Source of the DNA: an uncultured Gammaproteobacteria bacterium
GTDB lineage: Bacteria > Pseudomonadota > Gammaproteobacteria > GCA-001735895
NCBI GenBank assembly: GCA_963768295.1
Contig: CAVYHN010000035.1
Coordinates: 64,062 to 128,061, forward strand
DNA length: 64,000 nucleotides
Direction of reading: 5' to 3'
Of the stretch, positions 57,692-64,000 are shown one piece after another; within the stretch, counting starts at the first letter, position 1; each line of letters opens with the position of its first letter. The notes beneath the pieces were generated by a model, which did no database searches, was not told where the DNA came from, and saw only the letters and a program-made list of their open reading frames with translations. The translations under genes and the position numbers were made by a program.

Positions 57692-59841
57692 AAGTTTACA
57701 AGTGGTTGCCCGGCCTCGGCGAAATCCCGACTGAGATCGAGATAGGCTTCGAAACGCTGGCGGATATCGCGCACGTAGTTGACCGGCTCACGGCCATTGA
57801 TGTATCCGTAGCGCGAATACTTTGCATACTTCTTTTGCGACAGCAGTAACATGGCTTCTTCGGTATGCCCGAACCAGCGATTCGGATCAAGCTCCAACTG
57901 TTTGGCCAGGCGCCTTGCACTATGCACGTGGCCGGCACCGGCATTATAGGCCGCCAGGGTAAACCACAGTCGTTCAGGAATCGGCAGCTCGGCCGAAAAG
58001 CGGTCGCGCAACCAGTCGAGATACTTAACCCCGCCCCGGATGCTGCTCGCTGGATCAGCGATGTTTTTCACGCCCATGGCCTTCGCGGTGCGCGGCATCA
58101 ACTGCATCAACCCGCGTGCTCCCACTGGTGACTTTGCCTGCGGGTTGAATCTACTCTCCTGGTACATCTGCGCGGTCACCAGGCGCCAGTCGAAGCCGTA
58201 GCGGTTGGCATACTTGCGCACCAGCTTGTCGTAGGGCGAGATCTGTCCCTTGAGCGCATCGACCACGCGCCCGCGCGCGAGACGCTGCACCGAGCGCCGG
58301 CTCTTGAAGTACTTGATATAGGTGACGTTGTAGAACTCGCCTTTGTAAATGCGTTTAACGAAGTCATCCAGCGCCTGCTTGAGTTGCGGATTGCGTTTAC
58401 GCACGGCCATCGCGTGCGGGACTTCCGCTTCGAGCGCAACCGCCGAGCGCACCGGCAGCCCCTTGGCGAGCTCGATATCGAGCAAATGCTCGTCAGCCAG
58501 GGTCGCCTTGTATTTGCCGCGCGACACCATCTGTAGCAACTGCTCGGTTTCGACGGCATCGTCGGTGGCGCGCAGGCTGAAGCGCGCGCCTGCCTCCTGC
58601 AACTGCGAGAGCCGTTCCCAGTAGTGGCTATGATGCCGTACAAATATGGTTCGATGATCCAGGTCCTGCAGCGATTCCGCCGGATCATTCTGGTGCACGA
58701 CGATATGCTGTTGCGCATAGTGATACGGACGCGAAAACTCGACCCCCAACTGTCTCTGTTTTTTATCCGGTTCGAGAAAGCTCATCGCGATATCCGCCCG
58801 GCCCTCGAGCAGCCAGGTGGTGATATCGCGGTGGCTCGGCGGCACCACGACCTCCAGCCGCAATCCATGGTAGTCGGCAAACTCGCGCGCCAGTTCGTAC
58901 TCGAAACCCATCAACTCGCCGCGATAGAGAAAGTAAGACGCCGCGTTGTTGCGCAATAATACACGCAGCACGCGACGCTGCTTGATCTCGTCGAAATCGT
59001 TGGTGTAACGTTTGTCGCGATCTTCCGCGCTCCGTTCCAGCTGCAGGTAGCGATTGATCTCGCTGACCAGCTGTGGCGCATTCTTGCGCACCCCCCAGCC
59101 GATGTCGCGCTGTCCGCTGAAATTGACCGCTACCCTGAAGTCATCACGATAGGACTGGTAAATCTCGACCAGGTTGCTGTCCATGATGGTGGCGTCGATT
59201 TCCCCGGCAGCAAGCAAATCGAGCACTGCTTCGATTTGCACCCCGTCCGGCGTCTCGACGATTTGTATGTCGGGATAACGCTTTTGCTTAAGCCAGGTCA
59301 GCGCATGCCAGAAGGTGGAGCCCCGATTCACCATGACCGACTTGCCGTTCAAATCGCGCACCCGCTGCACCGATTTATCTTGTTTTGCGACGATTACCTG
59401 TTCGAAAACGTGGTCTATGGGCACCGAGAAGGAGATTTTTTTAAGCCGAAGATCGTTAATCGTCAGGTTGTCGACGATGATATCGCCCTGCCCGGCTTCG
59501 AGCGCCGGTATCAGCTTGGAAAAATTATCGACAATGACCAGCTCGGGCATCAAACCGTGCGACAGCGCAAATTCTTCGACGATGCGCTGCTGCTCGGCCA
59601 GCGGCGAGCGTCCGCGCGGCAGGTAAGCGGCGCTGGAAAAATCACGGGTTAACAGGATGCGCAGCTTGCCCTGGCGCAGTATGTCGATGAAGTCACCGTT
59701 GAAGCTTTGCGCCTGGTCGAGCGAACTGTAAGCACGATTGATAAAGGCCTGCGCCGGATCGATGAACAACACCGCCAGCAGCACCAATAACAGCTGTCGA
59801 GCAAGCCTGGCGCCTGATTTATCGCTAAGGAAAACCCCCAT
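57661..59841 (-). CDS. MltF-like lytic transglycosylase with two tandem substrate-binding domains
   Basis: Two SBP-3 repeats; YQESRFNP.A.S..GARGLMQLMP.TA; AAYNAG.GH; EPVNYV. Confidence 0.88.
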   Translation of the reverse strand: MGVFLSDKSGARLARQLLLVLLAVLFIDPAQAFINRAYSSLDQAQSFNGDFIDILRQGKLRILLTRDFSSAAYLPRGRSPLAEQQRIVEEFALSHGLMPELVIVDNFSKLIPALEAGQGDIIVDNLTINDLRLKKISFSVPIDHVFEQVIVAKQDKSVQRVRDLNGKSVMVNRGSTFWHALTWLKQKRYPDIQIVETPDGVQIEAVLDLLAAGEIDATIMDSNLVEIYQSYRDDFRVAVNFSGQRDIGWGVRKNAPQLVSEINRYLQLERSAEDRDKRYTNDFDEIKQRRVLRVLLRNNAASYFLYRGELMGFEYELAREFADYHGLRLEVVVPPSHRDITTWLLEGRADIAMSFLEPDKKQRQLGVEFSRPYHYAQQHIVVHQNDPAESLQDLDHRTIFVRHHSHYWERLSQLQEAGARFSLRATDDAVETEQLLQMVSRGKYKATLADEHLLDIELAKGLPVRSAVALEAEVPHAMAVRKRNPQLKQALDDFVKRIYKGEFYNVTYIKYFKSRRSVQRLARGRVVDALKGQISPYDKLVRKYANRYGFDWRLVTAQMYQESRFNPQAKSPVGARGLMQLMPRTAKAMGVKNIADPASSIRGGVKYLDWLRDRFSAELPIPERLWFTLAAYNAGAGHVHSARRLAKQLELDPNRWFGHTEEAMLLLSQKKYAKYSRYGYINGREPVNYVRDIRQRFEAYLDLSRDFAEAGQPLVNLGTQYLIPGN

Positions 59842-59843
59842 AG

Positions 59844-60926
59844 TCAGACACTAAAGCGGTTTATTGCCTCCTTGTCAAAACTGAAACCGGTGCCGGGGCG
59901 CTCGGGAATCGCAATCATGCCCTCGCTGAGCTCCATGTTTTCGTTGAACAAGGCCTGGTTCCAGGGCATGTGTTCGACCGAAATACAGTTGGCCTCGGAG
60001 CCCGCGATGCACAGGCTATGCTCGGTAAAGATATGCGTCGAAATCGGAATTTCGTAAGCCGAGGCGATAGCCGCAACCCGTCGCATTTCGCTCAGCCCGC
60101 CGATGCGCTGTAAATCGGGCATCAGCACATCGACCGCGCCGGCCTCGAGAATATCGCGCATGCCGTAGCGCGTGTACTCGGTTTCGCCTGCCGCAATCGG
60201 CGTATCGAGCGCCGTGCGCACCGCGGCACAGCCCCGGTGATCATGATAGACAACCGGCTCCTCGAACCAGACCAGGTCGAACCGTTCGAGCTCGCGCCCG
60301 AGCCTGATGGCGTGTTTCACCGTGAGCGACTGGTTGGCATCGGCCAATAGTTCGATATCCGGGCCAATCGCGTCGCGCACCGCGCGCACGCGCGCCACGT
60401 CTTCGGCGATTTTCCGCTTGCCGAGGCGTATTTTCATTGCACGAAACCCGTCCTCGACAAACTGACCGGCTTCCTCGACCAGGCCGTCGATCGATTGCGA
60501 CAGCCACAGACCGCCGCTGGCATAGGTTTTAACCTGTTCGCGACAGGCGCCGAAAACCTTGTGCAGCGGCAGCTCCGCGGCCTTGCCGACCAGGTCCCAG
60601 CAGGCGGTGTCGATCGCGGTCAAGGCGGCGATGGAAAATCCCTTGTGCCCGATCGGGTTCATTTCATGCCAGATATTGCGCCAGATGTCGGCGACAAAAT
60701 GCGGATCGCGGCCTTCGACCTGGTGAGCAAACCCGAGCAGCATCTGCTGCAGCGCGTCGAGACGCACCGCGTTCAGGGTTTGCACGTAACTCTCGCCGAC
60801 CAGGCCCTGGTCGGTCTCGAGTTCGAGCAGCACGCAACCGCTACTTTTGATCTGGTGAATCGCGGTCGCGATCGGCTTTTCCAACGGTACGTCGACCAGC
60901 GTGGTTTTAAATCGGGTTATCTTCAT
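59844..60926 (-). CDS. Mandelate racemase/muconate lactonizing enzyme family protein
   Basis: AIDTACWDL.GK, KIR, DANQ, WFEEP, GE, PGTG. Confidence 0.9.
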   Translation of the reverse strand: MKITRFKTTLVDVPLEKPIATAIHQIKSSGCVLLELETDQGLVGESYVQTLNAVRLDALQQMLLGFAHQVEGRDPHFVADIWRNIWHEMNPIGHKGFSIAALTAIDTACWDLVGKAAELPLHKVFGACREQVKTYASGGLWLSQSIDGLVEEAGQFVEDGFRAMKIRLGKRKIAEDVARVRAVRDAIGPDIELLADANQSLTVKHAIRLGRELERFDLVWFEEPVVYHDHRGCAAVRTALDTPIAAGETEYTRYGMRDILEAGAVDVLMPDLQRIGGLSEMRRVAAIASAYEIPISTHIFTEHSLCIAGSEANCISVEHMPWNQALFNENMELSEGMIAIPERPGTGFSFDKEAINRFSV

Positions 60927-60950
60927 CGAGTCATATCCCGGCGCGCCATT

Positions 60951-61442
60951 TCAGTAGGCAATGTCGGCAATATAATAGACCAGCCGGCCGCTGGGTACCT
61001 CTACTTCGACCTCTTCGCCGAGTTCACGCTTCAGCAGAGAGCGGGCCAGCGGCGAATCGACGCTGATGTAAAAGTCCTCGTGATCGAATTCGTCGGGGCC
61101 GACGATACGATAAACCACGGTCTTCTCGTTTTCATCTTCCAGCGTGACCGTGGCGCCGAAATAGACCCGCTCGCGACTGGCAGGTTTCTGCGCGACCACC
61201 TTGAGATCCGGCAGCCGCTTTTGCAGGTAACGAATGCGTCGGTCGAGCTCACGCAGCTCCTTCTTGCGATAAATATACTCGGCGTTTTCCGAGCGATCGC
61301 CCTCCGCCGCCGCGGCCGACAGTGCCGCGACCACCTCGCGCCGCCGGAGCCAGATCGCCTTCTGCTCCGCCGTGAGCGCAGCCATGCCCACCGGCGTAAT
61401 GTACGGAGATTTTTTGGGGCCGGGTGGGCGGTAACGACTCAT
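60951..61442 (-). CDS. greB: Transcription elongation factor GreB
   Basis: YITP.G, AAAEGDRSENAEYIY.KK.LRELDRRIRYL, ISVDSPLARSLL. Confidence 0.95.
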   Translation of the reverse strand: MSRYRPPGPKKSPYITPVGMAALTAEQKAIWLRRREVVAALSAAAAEGDRSENAEYIYRKKELRELDRRIRYLQKRLPDLKVVAQKPASRERVYFGATVTLEDENEKTVVYRIVGPDEFDHEDFYISVDSPLARSLLKRELGEEVEVEVPSGRLVYYIADIAY

Positions 61443-61480
61443 CTGGGCGCAAACGAATTACGACGGTCCGAAAACCGGCC

Positions 61481-62506
61481 TTAAATTCGATACTGGGCGA
61501 TCTGCACTTCGGTGCCGTAATCCGCGAAATCGCCGTCCGAACGCCGGCCGCGGAACTCGCCCCAGGCGATCGGCTGGTAGCGACACGGATTTTCCGCACT
61601 GATTACCGACGGTAGCGGGCTTACCCTGCAATCGGCCGCGGGGTTAAAGAAGAACGGGATGCTGTAGCGTTCACGGCTATCCATCGCCAGCACGCGATGC
61701 ATCGCCGCCTGGTAAATATCGTTGGACCAGACCTGCATCATATCTCCGGTATTGATTACCATGGCGCCCTCGACCGGCGGAATGTCATACCAGAAACCGG
61801 CGCGATAAACCTGCAGCCCACTGACCTCGTCCTGCAGCAAAACGGTCAGTCCACCGGCGTCGGTATGATGATGAATGCCGAGATCGGCGGTTGCCTGGTG
61901 CTCGAGCGCGAGTCCGGCCAGCGGATCCTTGACCGGGTAATAATTGAGGCGCACAAACCCGGTGTGGTTGCCGTCAAAATTTGGCCGCATGAAATCGGCC
62001 GGCAAATCCAGGCCGAGACAAAAGGCTTCCAGCAGCTTCAGCGAAAGCGTGGTGCAGGCTTCCAGGTAAGCCGTCATCGTGGTTTTGAATTGCGGATGTC
62101 GCCGCGGCCAGCGATTGCTCTGATGATAGATCGAATCGAAATCCTCGCGCGTGAAATCGAACACTTCTTTCTTGTCGCGCTGATTCTTGGTCAGCTCGTT
62201 ATTGTAAAACCCCCAGGGATTCTCCCTGCTGCGCAGGATTTCAAGCTTTTCCTCGAGCGGTAAAGCGAACAGCGCACGGGCCTGGTTGCAGACAGCTTCG
62301 ATTTGCGTGGTGGCAATGCCGTGATTGACGACCTGGAAAAATCCCCAGGTTTTGCAGGCCTCGGCGATTTGATCGATCGCGCGTTGGGCCGCATTGCTGG
62401 AAGAATCCTGGAAGACTTCGGCCACGTCGATAACGGGGACCTGCTCGGCGATCGAGCTTTGCTCGGCGACCGGTTGCCGGTCGAGATCCTGTATACCGTG
62501 AAGCAT
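61481..62506 (-). CDS. 2-oxoglutarate/Fe(II) dioxygenase, isopenicillin N synthase family
   Basis: VPVID, WGFFQVVNHG, RLNYYP, HTDAG, NTGD..H.V, RYSIPFF. Confidence 0.9.
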   Translation of the reverse strand: MLHGIQDLDRQPVAEQSSIAEQVPVIDVAEVFQDSSSNAAQRAIDQIAEACKTWGFFQVVNHGIATTQIEAVCNQARALFALPLEEKLEILRSRENPWGFYNNELTKNQRDKKEVFDFTREDFDSIYHQSNRWPRRHPQFKTTMTAYLEACTTLSLKLLEAFCLGLDLPADFMRPNFDGNHTGFVRLNYYPVKDPLAGLALEHQATADLGIHHHTDAGGLTVLLQDEVSGLQVYRAGFWYDIPPVEGAMVINTGDMMQVWSNDIYQAAMHRVLAMDSRERYSIPFFFNPAADCRVSPLPSVISAENPCRYQPIAWGEFRGRRSDGDFADYGTEVQIAQYRI

Positions 62507-62507
62507 T

Positions 62508-62835
62508 TTATGGTTCGCTATTTCCGCCTTTGGTCGCTGCAGTATAAGTATTACGCCGGCATTGGTAAATCGGGATCCCGTCGCGCGCGGCGAGCACCAT
62601 GTTCGCTTCCGCGGGAAATCCCAGCCTGTCGGCCAGTAAGCGCAGGCGTTCATGAAAGTCTTCCCGGGCGACATTGCAGATTTGCGGAAACCGTGCGGGA
62701 TCCTGAAACCCGGTGCGCGAGTGTAAAACGCGGTGGTTATCGAACAGTACGCTCTCGCCTGCCTGCAGTTAAAAGTTGACCTCGGTTTCCGTCGGACAGC
62801 ATCAACCGGTATAGTTCACGATGAGCTGATTGCAT
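62508..62835 (-). pseudogene. C-terminal remnant of a TauD/gamma-butyrobetaine dioxygenase-like gene
   Basis: Manual translation: ..RELYRLML.. (frameshift) ..EVNF*LQAGESVLFDNHRVLHSRTGFQDPARFPQICNVAREDFHERLRLL; in-frame stop at 62769-62771. Confidence 0.7.
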
Positions 62836-63059
62836 GTTCGACTCCCGCTGAAGTTAACCCATAGCTGGAACTTTAGCGCCAATCGCTGCTACCCGAAAAT
62901 AAAACCATCACTCTCTGAATCACCGGCGATACCCATTTATTGCCGATGACCGTTGCGCACCCGTCGGCAGGGATCACTGGACCGACGCGCAGGGAGTCTT
63001 TATGCTTCTGCCAATCCAATACTCCCAGCAGAAACCAGGCCAGGACCCTAACTGGATAG

Positions 63060-63860
63060 ATGAATCAAATCGAATCACTGATCGGACCCGGAGATCCTCC
63101 GCCCTGCACTGTCATCAACCAACAGGGCCAGGGTAAAGTCCTGCTCGTCGGCGATCACGCGAGCAACGCCATGCCAAAGGTGCTGGGCAATCTTGGTCTC
63201 GATGAGAACGCACTCGAGCAGCATATCGCTCACGACATCGGCACGCGCAAACTGGTTCACCACCTGTCACAACATCTCGATGCACCGGCCGTGCTGGCGG
63301 GCTACTCGCGCCTGGTGATCGATCTGAACCGCAGTCTCGAGGATGAAAGCCTGATGCCGGAAATCAGCGACAACACGTTCATTCCAGGCAATCAGAATAT
63401 GTCCGCGGAGCACCGCAATCAGCGCATTCACAGTTTTTACACACCCTACCGCAAGGCGATCGACGGCATGCTGCACGGTTTCAGGGAAAATGGAATCGTG
63501 CCGGCGTTTATCGCGATCCACAGCTTTACGCCGCAAATGGCTGGCTTCGCGCGCCCCTGGCACGTGGGTATCTTATGGGACAAGGATCCACGCATTCCGC
63601 TGCCGCTGATGAATAACCTGCGCGCTCACCCCGAGGGTTTCAACATCGGTGACAACGAACCTTACTCCGGTAAACATCCCGCCGACTACACCATCGACCA
63701 CCACGCCGAGGCGGCCGGCATACCCCATGTCTCGATCGAGATACGCCAGGACCTGGTCGACACCGAGGCGGGCGCCGAACGCTGGGCAACGATACTGGAC
63801 GACGCGCTGCGCGATATTCTGGCGGACCCGGATCTTTACCAGGTCTGGCAGTCGATTTAG
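63060..63860 (+). CDS. N-formylglutamate amidohydrolase family protein
   Basis: DHASN..HIAHDIG, SRLVIDLNR, IHSFTP, NEPY, IEIRQDL. Confidence 0.9.
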   Translation: MNQIESLIGPGDPPPCTVINQQGQGKVLLVGDHASNAMPKVLGNLGLDENALEQHIAHDIGTRKLVHHLSQHLDAPAVLAGYSRLVIDLNRSLEDESLMPEISDNTFIPGNQNMSAEHRNQRIHSFYTPYRKAIDGMLHGFRENGIVPAFIAIHSFTPQMAGFARPWHVGILWDKDPRIPLPLMNNLRAHPEGFNIGDNEPYSGKHPADYTIDHHAEAAGIPHVSIEIRQDLVDTEAGAERWATILDDALRDILADPDLYQVWQSI

Positions 63861-63881
63861 CGATCGGCAACGCCGTTTGAA

Positions 63882-63998
63882 TTACGCCGCGTAGATTGCG
63901 TGCGGGTCGCCCAGCAGCGCCAGCTCCGGCTCGACCCCGAGCCCGGGCAAATCGGGCGCACTGAAACAGCCATCGATATTACGCACCCCCTGCCCGGG
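63882..63998 (-). CDS. C-terminus of an enolase-superfamily (mandelate racemase-like) protein (partial)
   Basis: Manual translation: PGQGVRNIDGCFSAPDLPGLGVEPELALLGDPHAIYAA*. Confidence 0.65.
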   Translation of the reverse strand, partial: PGQGVRNIDGCFSAPDLPGLGVEPELALLGDPHAIYAA

Positions 63999-64000
63999 CG

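Noticed and set aside
62520-63059. Riboswitch in the long intergenic gap
   Set aside because: Much of the gap is explained by the TauD-like remnant; no riboswitch consensus recognised in the rest.
1-64000. CRISPR array, prophage, integron, tRNA/rRNA, anti-phage defence genes
   Set aside because: No regularly spaced repeats, integrase/transposase, phage structural genes or structural RNA signatures were seen by eye.

Overview
A gene-dense, GC-rich chromosomal segment of a probable Gammaproteobacterium (inferred from gene content); no rRNA, tRNA, CRISPR array or intact transposase was seen. The centre (about 12.5-40 kb) is a molybdenum/tungsten-enzyme island. It holds an FDH3-type formate dehydrogenase operon (DUF3305, DUF3306, polyferredoxin, TorD chaperone, Tat peptide, alpha, beta, gamma) that runs directly into a DsrM/NarI-like plus DsrK/TmcB-like membrane module. 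It also holds an aorABCDE-type tungsten aldehyde oxidoreductase operon, pterin cofactor genes (moaA, moaB, mobAB, moeB, moeA, moaD, fdhD) and a Tat-exported Rieske-like protein lacking its second His ligand. The flanks carry pyk, ald, greB, peptidases, a multicopper oxidase, a peptide-type ABC transporter with a sulfatase, a cNMP-binding metallo-hydrolase, an orphan bufferin-like Cys peptide between two unusual c-type cytochromes, and amine/amino-acid catabolic genes. Non-coding signals read from the sequence: two nearly identical CRP-type boxes, a 142-bp MITE-like element between the RBS and ATG of aorC, a REP-like 21-bp-arm palindrome that supplies a gene's C-terminus, a perfect 38-bp palindrome, and an unannotated TauD/BBOX dioxygenase remnant. 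Five frameshifts in four genes are probably sequencing errors. All product calls rest on motif recognition; no database searches were run.
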